Source: Tricharina praecox (taxonomy: Eukaryota). Taken from it: a DNA stretch of 64,000 bases. The stretch is taken from contig NW_026250407.1 of NCBI RefSeq assembly GCF_024521635.1, positions 372,001 to 436,000 of the forward strand, in the 5' to 3' direction. The notes under the pieces were generated by a model, which was given only the letters and a program-made list of their open reading frames with translations, did no database searches and was not told the origin of the DNA. Positions 49,865 through 62,492 of this stretch are shown here, piece by piece (the first letter of the stretch is position 1; each line of letters opens with the position of its first letter). The translations under genes and the position numbers were made by a program.

Positions 49865-52650
49865 CTACCCATAATAATACCCGCCGGCCGAGCCTTCATA
49901 CCCACCACCGCCGGAGCTACCACCATGCCTCTGTTTCTCATGCCTATGCCTATCGCCCCTGCGCTCGCGCTCCTCGCCACTATCGTATCCGGCCTCGAAC
50001 CCACCCGGAACACGTCCGCTTCCGTACTGCGGCTCGTAGTACCCTCCCTCGCGGCTAACGGGACGAACCGAGTACTCGTACTGCTCGTGGCTCCTGCTGT
50101 GGCTGCGACGGTGCTCTCTGGACTCTGAGCGGTGGTGGCGGTCGCCCTCGCCGGAGCGACGGCCGTCGCTGGAGAGGGAGCGCTCGCTTTGGTGGTGCAC
50201 GGGGAGGTAGCCGCCCTCGTCTTCGTACACGCCGCCGCGCGACGACGAGTACTTGTCCTTGTCCTTCTTCTTGTCTTTCTTGTCCTTGTCCTTCTTGTCC
50301 TTGTCTTTGTCTTTCTTGTCCTTGTCTTTGTATGACTTGTCGTCTTTCTCCTTGTAGCGGTCTTTGGACTTGGAGCGCTTGTCCCTGGTGTGGGGGTCAG
50401 CTGGCTGTAATGGCGGGGTGGGTGGGGGGGTGGGGGAACTCACTTGTCTTTGCCCTCCTTGTACCTGTCCTCTTTGTACTTATCCTTCTTCTTCTCACCG
50501 AGATGTCCACCGCCGCCGCTGGCATCTTGGAAACCCGCCAGGCCCGCATCGAGCAGGCCGCCGAGCACACCGGGCAGCACGACACCGCCGACCTTGATAG
50601 TCCCGCCCTTACCCTGGGAGACGCCCGGAATCGCCGAGATAGCCGAGTAACCACTGCCCGGTTTCGACGAGCCCTTGCCATCCTTCTTAGGCTTCTTCCG
50701 CTTATCGATCTTGCTCCAGTCGCTGCCCTTCATCTTTCCATGTCCGCCACCACACTTCCCGCCAAAGACTCCACCGGTGTGGTTCCTTCCCTCGCGCACG
50801 CCGGCCGCGCCCAGGACGTCGTTGAGACTGGCGCCCCGGTCGGGAAGGTGCTCGGCCCATTTCACCACGGTCTGGAACATGCCGGCTTGGATGTCGCAGT
50901 TGGGGTCGCGGAGCGCTGGGTGGTGGAAGACCCGCGCCACGTCGTTGAGGACGACGTCGAGCGGGAATTCGGGGTTCTCCCAGGCGTGGAGCACGCGCGG
51001 CACGCAGAACTGTACGACGGCCGCGGCAACCTCGCCGGCGGGCGTGTTCAGCTTGTTGCTGAAGTGGTCCTTGCTGAGGAGGGAGTGCGTGGGGTCGGTG
51101 CAGTACGGATCTGTCCAGGGCTCGTATTGGTGCTGCGCCGAGGAGTCGATGACGGCTGAGGAGCCCTCCTTGAGCTCGAGCGAGGCACGCGCAATCAGCG
51201 GGCGGATGTAGGGTGCCAGGAGTGAGAGGATGAAGACGGAAAGAGTATCGGAGATCGTCTCGACCAGTGCCGTGAGACCGGGGATCTTCTCGATGGCCTC
51301 CTCGATGGCGCGCATGATGTTGTCGCGGAACTCGAGGATAGGATAGATTTTGTGCATGGTCTCGAGCGGGTTGAATGCAGGGCGGGAGTTATCGATCTTC
51401 ATGTTGGCCATCTCCTGAGCATCGGATTGCTGCTCAAGGCGGTCGACATCATTCACGGTATCGCCGCCCATCACTCCCATACTCGTCATCTGTCTCAACA
51501 GATCCTTAAGAACCGAACCTTGCCCGCTCTTTTCCGCACGTTTCTGGTCCTCGTGAGCATCGGCAAGCGCAACATCCATCTCGTCGACCTCAGTTTGCGA
51601 GAACTTGTCTTGCGCCTCTCCCAGCACGGAGTGCGCAAAGTCGACACTACCAAAGGTACCAGTGATCAGCGGGAACGCCCTGCGTCCACCGGGATATCCA
51701 GGCGGAACACCGATGTCCATCTCCGTGCGCTCTCCCACATGTGGGAATACCGCGCGGTGTCCCATCTCCCGGAGCACAAGCTCGACGTAATTGCTGTGGG
51801 CAGAGAAGTCCTCCAGACAGTGCAGCGCCTGGCCCAAGCACCGCAGAGCTTCAAAGAGGTCTGCCTCGCGTCCTTGCTGGCCTCGCGGGCCGGAGGTGTA
51901 CATCCTTCCGAAGTGGATGCACCGAGTCAACGAGAACTTGACGTAGCCGGACGACGTCGCCCAGCCGCCGGTCTCATTGGCGATATAGTTCTTCATACCG
52001 GTGAGAGGATCGATAGCGAGCTCGCTGGGGTGTACAGCCGGGCGCAGACGAGAGTCGTACACCTGCGCATTCAGATTATCGGCGTAGTCCTTGGGGTTGT
52101 CTACCATCTTTCATCAGTCTTTCCTTCCCTTCTGCGATTACACCTTCCCAAAGCCTTTCATACCGATGTGTTCTTCGGGACGATAAACACCCAACCGCTC
52201 CTCGGTGACTTCGTACTCCCCAGTAGCATAACCAAAGCTGAGAAACGACAGGACCCAGATAAGGCAGCGGATGGTATCCTTGGGCACACTCTTGAGCGTT
52301 CCCACATCGAGCGCCTGCGAGTAGTCGCGCAGCCAGTTACCAAAGTAGACCCTCCGGATCAGCGCCGCAGTCCATTTTCCGCCCTTCAGGAATGCGATCT
52401 TTTGTAGCGTATCCTACACAGCGCCGCGCAAAGGAAGGTTAGAGTTGGAGCTTGTTTTACCCGCGGAACCGGACCTATCGTGTATGTATGAACTTACTTC
52501 GATATCTCCATGACGGAAGTTCTGGCCTTCGATCTTTGCGATGGAGGCGATGTTGCCGGCGCCGAATGCATGTGCGGGCGACGCAAACACCAGCACCACC
52601 ACGAGGGTGAACAGGAGGACCATCGAGCGGTTGGTCCTTGAAGCGGACAT
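49865..52650 (-). CDS. Het-C domain protein (heterokaryon incompatibility Het-C / TinC-like family), multi-exon
   Basis: Signal peptide then AFGAGNIASIAKIEGQNFRHGDIE; YFGNWLRDYSQ; HIDNPKDYA; LGQALHCLEDFSAHSNY; DPTHSLLSKDHF; last intron 50385-50443 adds a Lys/Asp- and Gly/Tyr-rich tail. Confidence 0.92.
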
Positions 52651-53375
52651 CTCTGTGAAGTTTTGGGGCGCACAGTCTTTGTTGAAATGGTGTAGTGATG
52701 TGGTGGGTGGTGGGTTGTTCCGATCTCGGGCTGGTTGTCCGGGAACGGGCACGAAATGAGAAAGATGAGAGTGATGAGGGGGATTTACAGGAACAGAAGA
52801 GAAGGAAGAAGCACCTGCTTCTGGTGGGGGTTGCAACTTGCTGATGGTTGGTGTGTGATGGAGGCCTTAATCAGATCCATGCGCCGTACGCACACTTGCC
52901 CCTCTCCAACTCTTCCCCCCGCAGCTCTCGTCATCATTCCCTTCGATCCATGTCGGCCAAGCCTCTGAGCTTGAAAGCCGCCTGCCAAATTGTATTTGGA
53001 TTGGGAATAGATTCGAGATTGCCGGGATAACTACTATCACAGGGCTGATATGTATGACTCGGAATTGAAGTTGCCGGCAGGAAACCAGCTGAATGTCATC
53101 ACGAGAGTAATCATCTGAAAACACAGGTCATCACTTGCTACGCTTGCACATGCCAAACAAGATATAGCTATTGGAGCAACACAGACATCAATCAAAAACA
53201 ATCCATCTATCGTGCATACCATCACGAGAAAAATACAACAAAAATCAAACATCAGACATCGTCAACTCAACGCAACTCAACGCAATCAAAACCAAACGCC
53301 CTATTAACGCCGGTACGGATGCACAAGTAATGCGAACGAAGCACTAGAAATGCAATGCACCAAGACCAAGCCCTT

Positions 53376-55040
53376 CTACCAGCCCCCTCCCGTCCGACTC
53401 GCCAACTCCAGCACCTCCTTCTCTCCCAACCGCCCGCCGATATCGTTAGCCACTTTCCGGTAAGTGGTCTTGACCAGCATATCCTCCGACACGCCTGAGA
53501 TGCGCACCCACGCCGAGACCGCGTCCTGCAGAAGTTCCTCCGAAAGCGGCTTCTCATGCATCACCGGGATCTCCTTCCCCTCCGCTGCCGTATCTTCGGG
53601 TGACGAGAAGTAAGCTTCATCGACTCTCGCCAACAACTCCCGCTGATTCGCCCACTTGTCGAGTCCCAGCTCCTGCCACAGGGCCTCGTCGTCCCACTTG
53701 ATCTGTCCGCCGCCGTTCGTGCATCCGCCAGGACACGCCATCACCTCGACGTACACCGCCTTGTCGTCTTTGCTCTCACCGGCCTTCTTGGCGGCGACCC
53801 TCCTTCCAGCGGCGGCGGTAGCTGCTCCCGCCGGTTTCCTGCTTCCGAACTGGGGAAGTACTCGCGCCTTGGCTGGCTTGAGCCTTCGCACCAAATTTTG
53901 GATATTCCGAAACCCATAGCAGCGTGAGAGCTTCGCGATGGTTTCGCCGGATGGCGACAGAACAAGGTATTCGACCGTGTCGACGTTTCTTCCCTGCTGG
54001 ATGCTCAGGGTCGACTCGGGATGTCTTGAGAGGATGTCGTTGATGATCGCTGCCAATGTTCCACCTGAAGTGCCCGCGTCTCGTGCGCCGTTCTTCGGAG
54101 ATGTCGTCAGGAGTTTCTGGACGGCGGGATCGACGGAAAAGGTGGGTGTCGGGATTGAAGTGCGCGAAAGCGATGCAAAATCAATACCCTTCGCCTGGGC
54201 TAACGAAAGGATCTCTCTCGTAGTGATGACACAATCAACGTCCCGCACCGGTGTCTCTCCCCACGTACTATCCTTCCCCCTCCAAGCAGCCGACGTAAGC
54301 TCGCCCCTGGCACCCTCCAGCTTCTTGTCGAAGCACGGCATAATGGAGACGACGTAGACATCCTCGGGGCTCTTCACCGCCTGCTCGCCGATCATCAAGC
54401 TCTTCAAAAACGTCCCCGCAATGGCCTGCGGGCTCTTGAGCGCACTGAGATGCGGGATCAGCTCGGGATGCGTAGACTCAAGGTAGCAAATGAAGCCCGG
54501 GCACGAGCTCGCCAGCACCGGCTTCCTCTGCTCGCCCACACCCAGTATCCCGTCCGCCACCTCCTTCGCCGCATAATAATGTGCCAACCTGCGGAACGGG
54601 TTCGTGTCGATCACGGCCTCGAACCCCTTGCCACCATTCACCTCCCTCCCCAACTCCTCCGTGAGCAATCTCGTAACCATCGCGTCGACCTGATCAGGTG
54701 TGGCGCCCACGGCGACCGCCAGCGCCGCCTTCGTCTGCGGCGACAGCAGCGCCACAAATTTCTTCTCGGGAAACTGGCCCAGGGCACTCAGCACCTCGTT
54801 GTGGCTCTGCATGGAGACGAGCACGGCTTCGGAGGACGTGACGCAGCCGCTGCACGCGAGACAGTCCGTCAGCGAGATTTGTGCAGCGGTGCGAGCGTCG
54901 GCGGGGTTGTTCGCCGCATCCTCGACGGTCACGGAGAGTTCCGTGGGTGGCGGCGGTGGAAGCGTTTCCACGGGCTTGATGCAGGCGATCGACGGCGCGA
55001 TGAAGTCGTTTAGAGTTTCGGCGGAGAGGATCGCACTCAT
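53376..55040 (-). CDS. NAR1: Cytosolic Fe-S cluster assembly factor Nar1 (Fe-hydrogenase-like)
   Basis: MSAILSAETLNDFIAP..C, ISLTDCLACSGCVTSSE, SSCPG, IMPCFDKKLE, YGFRNIQN, EVMACPGGCTNGGGQ, C-terminal Trp. Confidence 0.96.
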   Translation of the reverse strand: MSAILSAETLNDFIAPSIACIKPVETLPPPPPTELSVTVEDAANNPADARTAAQISLTDCLACSGCVTSSEAVLVSMQSHNEVLSALGQFPEKKFVALLSPQTKAALAVAVGATPDQVDAMVTRLLTEELGREVNGGKGFEAVIDTNPFRRLAHYYAAKEVADGILGVGEQRKPVLASSCPGFICYLESTHPELIPHLSALKSPQAIAGTFLKSLMIGEQAVKSPEDVYVVSIMPCFDKKLEGARGELTSAAWRGKDSTWGETPVRDVDCVITTREILSLAQAKGIDFASLSRTSIPTPTFSVDPAVQKLLTTSPKNGARDAGTSGGTLAAIINDILSRHPESTLSIQQGRNVDTVEYLVLSPSGETIAKLSRCYGFRNIQNLVRRLKPAKARVLPQFGSRKPAGAATAAAGRRVAAKKAGESKDDKAVYVEVMACPGGCTNGGGQIKWDDEALWQELGLDKWANQRELLARVDEAYFSSPEDTAAEGKEIPVMHEKPLSEELLQDAVSAWVRISGVSEDMLVKTTYRKVANDIGGRLGEKEVLELASRTGGGW

Positions 55041-55945
55041 TGTTGCGGGCTGTAGCTGTGAATCGTTTTTTTCTTTCTTTGTGAGGGGAAGAAGGTGGAA
55101 AGAGGAGCAAGAGATATGGATTGAGTCGCTTGGTTACAAGTGGTAACTTTGACTGGTAATCGACAACGGAGCTGTGGTCACTGGTGGAGTGTCGGAGAAA
55201 GCTCGCGCGGGAAAAAGTAACGCCACTTCAATGGCAACTTGCAACAGTCCCTATTCTAGATTCGAAACCCAAGCGCACGCGGCCGCCTGCCGTATCAGGG
55301 CCGGGCGAAATGCGAGCATGTCCTTATTAATATTTTGGATTAGCGAGCATCTCAGAGGGGGCGTATCGCGATGATCGCGATAGGTTCTCCAGATAACGAT
55401 AACACAGCCGCAACTCGCCCAAACCCCTCGTCAAAGGTTCGGTTATCGCGCCGCATGTGATATCACTCACCTTTGAGACTTTGACGGCCGGGAAGCCCGG
55501 GCTATTTGGGCTGCTCTGGCTCTACTCGACTGTCCGGTATACGTATTTCGGGCTGTAGTCTAGGCTAGGAAATGCCATAACGACTAGCTGTTGCGATCTC
55601 GGATCGATCCAACTCATTCGGTTTGGCTGCTGCGTATTGAGGGCGCGCTATTCGGCCATTTCAAGATCGATCCGCTGAGTGCAATATTCCGAACCACGGA
55701 CTATCAGATCCGCAAAGCGCATAGGCACTGCCCATATCCAAGCCATGACATCCATTATATACTCCGCTAACCCAAACCGCACACGACCGACCGAACGAAC
55801 CCCGCCCCCAAATGCACACATATCCATAATCCAACGCCCATCCCCCCCATTGTCGATATATATATCATAAACCACACGATATCGCTAACCAAAAACCCGC
55901 CTGCCGCGGACAGCCAATACAATTCCGGCGCGCGCCTGCTTAATC

Positions 55946-56449
55946 CTAATCCTCCCAAACACTCCTCTTCGCCTCCTCCTGCCTCCTCTCCTCATCTCTC
56001 TTCCTCGTCCTCTCCTCATCGCGCCTCTTCTTCTCCTTCTCCCTCAGCGCCGCATCAAACTCCCTCTGCTCCTTCGTACTCCGCGTGCGCACCCCCAGCG
56101 CCGCCGAAATCATCCGTCGCGCTACCGCGTCCGTTTTCGCCGGGCGCTCGCCGGGCGCCTTTTCCTCGTCGATGGGGCGCGCCCACGAAGTGGGCGCCGG
56201 GGGAGGACTACCGAGCGTCGCGGACGACCCCCGCCGGTGCCCGAGCGGCGATGTGGGTGTGGGAGTAGTGGTGGTGGTGCTGGAAGCAGGCGGGTTGGTC
56301 GCGCTGGAGCTGGGCTCGGCTTCGCCCTCGTCGCCGGATGAGGACAGCGACGCCGTCTCCCACGAGTCGAGGATCTCGTCCTCTTCCTTTTCGTCGGCGG
56401 GCTTGCTGGAGGCTTTCTTTTTGGCGGCGGCAGAGGAGTTGGGAGGCAT
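55946..56449 (-). CDS. Small protein with R3HCC1 C-terminal-like motif and charged coiled coil
   Basis: RPAKTDAVARRMISAALGVR...SVWED recalls the C-terminal motif of R3HCC1-like proteins (from memory, not searched). Confidence 0.7.
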   Translation of the reverse strand: MPPNSSAAAKKKASSKPADEKEEDEILDSWETASLSSSGDEGEAEPSSSATNPPASSTTTTTPTPTSPLGHRRGSSATLGSPPPAPTSWARPIDEEKAPGERPAKTDAVARRMISAALGVRTRSTKEQREFDAALREKEKKRRDEERTRKRDEERRQEEAKRSVWED

Positions 56450-56915
56450 CGTGAGGATGGGCGGGCGGGCGGGCTGGAGATAATGCTGCGTATGGCGGGG
56501 AAGAGATAGAGTTGGAGTTGGGGTCGGACCATGCCGAATCTATATGGTCACTGGTGGGGCTTACATCGGCCCATCTTGCAACCCCTACCCTTCTGCAATC
56601 GGACAGTGTCCAGACAAGTTACAACTGTACCTACCCGTGAATTCCTCACGAAAAGGTATCGAGGCTTTGGTCATAACAATTCCAAGTGACTTCCGATTAC
56701 GTAGCAATGGCTATTCTCCCTTCGAGACCCAGCGCCGTATGCGGAGTCATACCGTAAGTATTCACGGGATACATATATTCGCCACCAATCACTCGACACA
56801 CCACACACGCTCGCGCCCATGGATGGGGGTATAGTAGGTATTCCACGCTGATGAAATTCATTGACAAGACACAAAAAAAAGCCCCATAAACACAAATCGC
56901 TTTTAATGATTCCGA

Positions 56916-57478
56916 CTACCGTTCCTTGAGCGCCTTATTCCTCTTCTCGCGTCTCTTCATGCGGTCGATCTTCTTCTGGTGCATGCGTGCCGCCAGCTTC
57001 TCGAAGCGCACCTTCTCCTCGGCCTTTTCGCGGCGCTCTTTGAGTGTTTGGATCAGGTCCTGGGAGGAGAAGAGAAAAGTCAGTATACGGTACGGTAAGT
57101 CCGGCTGGTGATAGCTGGCTGGGTGAGGGGTGGTGGGGGTGGCGAAAATAACCTTCTTCTTCTGCGCCTTCTCATCCTTCATCTCCTTCTCCCTCGCCTT
57201 CATGGCGCTGACCGCAACCCGCTCGGCTTGTCGCTCGTCGTACGATTTGCGCGCGGACTTCATGCCGGGCCGGAACTGCTTCTTGACTTCCTTCCACTGT
57301 TTTCCTATTCCGCCATTCCAGTCAATCCCGCTCCCCCAAGTGCTCAAGCGCGGTCGTCGCATATGTACGAACCATTCTTGCGGGCGCCCTTGACCTCGAT
57401 TGAGGCCGGTGTGGTGGTGGTGGCGGAGGGCGAAGCGGCAGAGGGCGACGCGGCAGGCGAAGAGGCGGAGTCGGACAT
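56916..57478 (-). CDS. CGR1: rRNA-processing protein Cgr1 (3 exons)
   Basis: KGARKNGKQWK..K..FRP, MKAREKEMKDEK, EEKVRFEKLAARMHQKKIDRMKRREKRNKALKER; ATG at 57478, two introns. Confidence 0.92.
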
Positions 57479-57992
57479 TTTCGCGATCGTGTCGTGTGTG
57501 GGATGTCGCGGGCTTGCAAGAAGAAAAAGAAGAATCGCGAAGCTTGTGCTTACTTGAAATCTCGGTTCGGAACTTAACGTGCGGCTCTGCTGCTGAGGGC
57601 TCGGCCCTGCAGCCCAGCGGCACTAGCTGGTCTCGGTAGTTACATAACGGAGCTCGGAGCTGTGGTGCAAACTGCATGAGTACAGTAGAGTAACCCAGTC
57701 TTTCCCTACTGGATTGCCTTGATTGTCCATGGGCCTCTACATATCTCAATGCCGGCTCCGGTGTCCCCCCGCACACATGCCGGATCCATTCCGCCTCGCT
57801 TGCCATGTCAACGTGCAGGACGGTGGAGCTCCCTCCCTGCATGGGGAGGATTGTGGGGGCAGCCGAGGCCGGAGCGGCAGGACATAGCCGATAGCTGATC
57901 CTCCACACATCATATCATGGCCATTATAAGAAGTACATCATGTACCCGTGTTTACTCTACGGAAAGCCTGAATCAAGTACCGCCCCCACCCA

Positions 57993-60311
57993 ATGCCCAC
58001 AGCTACAGCGCTATTCCGAGCAGCCGCTCTCCGCTTTGGGCATCAGCCCCGCCGCTGCCGCGGGATATCGATCAAAGCCCCGACGTCGAACTATGATGCC
58101 ACCATTAAGAATCTGAAGATCGTTCGCAATACTCGTGTCATCTACCAGGGCTTTACGGGCAAGGCAGCAACGGTGAATGTGCAGCAGTCGATACAGTATG
58201 GGACGAATGTTGTGGGCGGTAAGAGCTACCCCGGGCGAGAAACGTTACTATAGGATCTCAGACTGATTAGCAGCGTAGGTATGAGTCCGGGGAAGAGTGG
58301 GGAACATCTCGGACTGCCACTGTTTTCGAGTACATCGGAGGTACATATCTGGCCGACGAACTATCTGCGGCCAGTCCAGCGTTAACAAGCCCACCAGGCC
58401 GCACGGCACCTAAAACCGGACGCCACAGCCGTCTTCGTCGCGGCACCCTTCGCCGCAGCAGCAATCGAAGAAGCCATCGAAGCCGAAATCCCACTGATCG
58501 TAGCAGTCGCCGAACACGTTCCTTTGCACGACATGCTCCGCCTGCACTCGATCCTCCGAACGCAGAGCGTATCCCGCCTCGTGGGCGCAAACTGCCCCGG
58601 CATCATCAATCCCCGCGGCCACTGTCGCATCGGCTTCATGCCGCACCCCTCGTTCCTCCCCGGCAGCATCGGCATCGTGGCAAAGAGCGGGACGCTATCG
58701 TACGAAGCCGTCGCTTCCACTACCCGTGTGGGGCTGGGGCAGAGTCTGGTGGTGGGGATGGGAGGAGACCCGGTGGCGGGCACGACACTGAAGGATGCGG
58801 TCAGCGTGTTCCTTGAGGACCCCGAGACGGAGGGGATAGTGGTTATTGGCGAGGTTGGGGGCAGCGCGGAGTTGGAGCTGGCAGATTTGCTGCGGCGGTA
58901 CCGCGCCGAGGGCGGGAGGAAGCCCATCGCGGGATTGGTCGCGGGCAATTGCGCGGTTGAAGGGAGGGTTATGGGACATGCTGGCGCGTTCACGGGCGTG
59001 GCGGATCCGAGCGTAGAGGACAAGATTCGAGCGTTGGAGAACGTGAGTGTTGCTATGGTGCAACATCCGGGGCAGTTTGGTGAGGTTATGTTGAGGCTGC
59101 TTGGACGGCCTATGCCAGCGGAACCGGTGAAGGGGATGGGGCCGAATGGACCCACGCAGAGGAGGGGGATGCATACAATGGCGAGGCGTCCCGTTTCCGT
59201 TAGGCTGCCGAATAGGAGGCATGGGTATCAGCGCCGATCGCTGTACACCCAGGATCCGGCAGTTGTGCATGGGCTCATTCAGAAGGTACGTTGAACGAAG
59301 CCGTGCACGAACCATCACTCACATCATGAACCCACTAGGCCGCACCCCATGCGCCTGTTTCTCACTCGCCACCAACCACACCAACGTTCGGACTGGGTGT
59401 AACGATAGATCGTGCAGTCCGCAGTCCATGTCTAGTCGTCATACCAAACGGCAGCAAAGCAGCCATGTCTTACAGTTTCGACTTTATCTCCGGTCCACAG
59501 TCCAAACAAACGGAAGATGCCTTCTCGCAGCTCAACCTACCACCCAGCTATTCCTACAGTGACTTCGAAGACCTCGTCCAGCACATCTGGAGTCTATTCA
59601 ACCAAATAAAGGCATATACCGTGTTCTTCCAGCAGGTATCACTGCAGCATGGAATCCACCTTCCGGGTGGCGTCCTGATGCACCTAGACCACACGCAGCC
59701 CCTGTCCGCCGGAGTGGCCACCACCCAACAACCAGAGGAGCTTGAGGCAGCACAATTCGGGATCGTGTACCACACTCTCGCGGGCGAAGGTAGTATCGGG
59801 ACACTCGTCAACGGTGCAGGATTAGCCATGAATACTATAGATTTTGTCAACGCGAGTGGAGGCAGCGTAGCAAACTTCTTGGACACTGGTGGGAAAGCCA
59901 CCGGGAAGACGGTGGTCGAGGGACTGAGGATTGTGTTGGCGGACAAGAGAGTATTTGCCTCTCCATCATCCAGGGACCTCGTCTGGACGATACTAATTGG
60001 TCGTAGGTGAAAGTGGTCTTCGTCAACATTTTCGGTGGCCTAACCGACTGCACAATGATCGCACAGGGGATTCTGATGGCATACGACGAGCTGGCAATGC
60101 AGGCGAAGAACATACCGATTGTGGTTCGACTGCGCGGGACCAATGAGGAGATTGGACAGGAGCTGGTACATTTTCTTGTTCGTTTGCTATTGGTGCCGAA
60201 CTGACGAGTAGAAAATAGATCAGAAAGAGCGGTTTGCCTGTGTTGGCGTTTGATGATCTGGATGCGGCCACGGAAAAAGTCATTGCACTTGCCAGTGCTA
60301 CTACATACTAG
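57993..60311 (+). CDS. Succinyl-CoA ligase-like alpha-beta fusion protein (6 exons), with N-terminal mitochondrial presequence
   Basis: Alpha part: [34 protein letters not shown], phospho-His motif GRVMGHAGA; beta C-domain: [43 protein letters not shown]; introns 58219-58278, 58341-58397, 59286-59338, 59951-60006, 60166-60218 keep one frame. Confidence 0.85.
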
Positions 60312-61219
60312 AGATGGAGTGAGACCATAGATGCCACGCGTACCTCCCTATGATACCTACAAATGTACATACCTCACCTCTAGATGACTCTCCACCGGAT
60401 CTGCATACGCGCACATACGTAGGAACCCGATGAAGATCCTTTTTATCGACGCGAGCGGCGAATCGCGAATGCTCGTACAGATGCACATTGTATCTATATC
60501 CAGTTCAGCGCCCGGTAACCAATGTCCATTGTCTATATCTGAAACCGCGCCTACCAACATCTAGCTCTCGGGTTTAAGAAACTTACTCTGCATATGATTC
60601 GCGATCCGGCGGATGTCCGAGGCACCGTGATATTGGTACGTCGCACTGGCTCCTTATGTAACAGCCTTGCGCGCCGAACCCTGGCGTTCTGCCTAATCCG
60701 GTAGGATCTCCGCGCTATGTATAAGAGTCGGGCCGTATTGAGTAAGCTTACACAGGACTGCCGCAGAATGCCAATCCAAGACAGCAACAACCATGGGCCA
60801 TGGCTATTGTCGACGCCAAAGGAAATATCCATATTGCTTCTCCCAAATTACCATCGTGTATTCACTGCAGGACCCAGCCTCAGGTACACCGGGTTATTTC
60901 CCCGACGGGCACATGTGTTTTTGCAGCCCCGGGTGCATTTGAGGAAGGAAGGAAGAAGGGAAAGTCAGGCCTTCCATCCGGCCAGTCTTCAAGCTACTAT
61001 GCCTTAAAGCATTGACACCTAACCAATTGGACGTCATCAGGTCCCGGTACACTCTCGTGCGTGGCCAGGTCTTACCATATCCAGTAAGGCACTTTCCTCC
61101 GCCTTGTATTTATACAGGTGAGGTATCAACCAAGGCAGCGGCATCGTATTCACAGAGTGACATATAAGTTGCCTCCCTCCGTCTCTACTTTCCACCGGTA
61201 CCATATCTCCTCCGTCAGA

Positions 61220-62492
61220 ATGCGCGCCGCCCTCTTCCTCCTAAGCCTCGCCCTCGGCGTCCTCGCCGAACGCCCATTCATCAATGAACCGGACACGGGT
61301 CTGGTCTTCGACGAGGTAGAGATTGGCTCGCTGCCGTCACTAGCGGACATGATTGCCGTCCCCGACTTCGAGGCAGCCGCACGGCACTACATGCCCACGC
61401 GGAACTACAGCTACTACCGGACCGGCTCGTCGGGCGAGTACTGTAAGTGCCACTTCCACTTTCAGATTTTGGGGACTGACTTGGATACCGGTACGCAGCC
61501 TACCGCCGCGCCCTCGAGATCTTCTCCGAGGTCCGCCTGCGCCCACGGCTGCTCCGTGACATGCGCAACGTCTCCCTCTCGGCGAGCATCCTTGGCTACG
61601 ACTTCACCGCGCCGTTCTTCATCGCGCCCGCAGCTAATGCGGGGCTAGCCCACCCCCTCGCGGAGCTCAACCTCGCCCGAGCAGCGGGCAAGACGGGGAT
61701 CCTCTACGCCCCCTCGCTGTCCGCGTCCAAGACGATCGAGGAGATTGCTGCCGCCGCGGCCCCGGGCCAGATAATGTTCCACCAGCTGTACGTGTCGGCG
61801 AACAAGACGAAGCTGGCTTCAGACCTGCAGCGGATCGAGGCGGCCGGGTACAAGGGGATCTTTGTGACGATCGACAATCCGATCCACGGGATCCGGCAGC
61901 GCGAGGCGCGGTTCGGCTTCAGCAACACGACGAACCACGACGGCGGGCTGACGTGGGCGGGGTTCAAGGCGCTGCAGGAAATGACAAAGCTCCCGCTGAT
62001 CCCGAAAGGCGTGCAGACGGTCGAGGACGCGCGGCTCGCCGTTGAAGCCGGCGTCAAGGCCATCTACGTTTCCAACCACGGCGGCCGCCAACTCGACACC
62101 TCGCAGCAGCCGCTGGAAACGCTCCTCGAGATCTTGCGCTACGCCCCCGAGATCTTCGAGCAGGTCGACGTCTTCGCCGATGGAGGCGTGCGCTACGGCA
62201 CCGACGTCCTGAAGCTCCTCGCCATGGGCGTCAAGATGGTCGGAATGGGAAGGCCGCCGATGTTCGCGAATGTGTTTGGCGAGGAAGGTGTCACCGCGCT
62301 CGTCGAGGTCATGCGCAGGGAGGTCTGGGTTGACGCTGCGAATCTCGGCGTCCAGGATGTGAAGAAGATTGATCCTACTTATGTGAGTTCCCCTGTTCCC
62401 CCAGAAGAAGAAGTGAGTGGAGGATAGATGTTGACGTGACGGGTGGCTAGTTGAACCTTAAGAGGCTCGAACAGTATATGGCGGATCTTTAA
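61220..62492 (+). CDS. FMN-dependent alpha-hydroxy acid oxidase/dehydrogenase with N-terminal signal peptide, no cytochrome b5 domain (3 exons)
   Basis: PFFIAPA, FHQLY, VTID, PKGVQTVEDA, catalytic VSNHGGRQLD, DGGVRYGTDVLK, GMGRP; N-terminus MRAALFLLSLALGVLA. Confidence 0.92.

Noticed and set aside
50385..50443. Apparent separate ORF 49865-50443 overlapping the Het-C stop
   Set aside because: Explained by an ordinary intron (GTGAGT..CTGAC..CAG) joining both parts in frame
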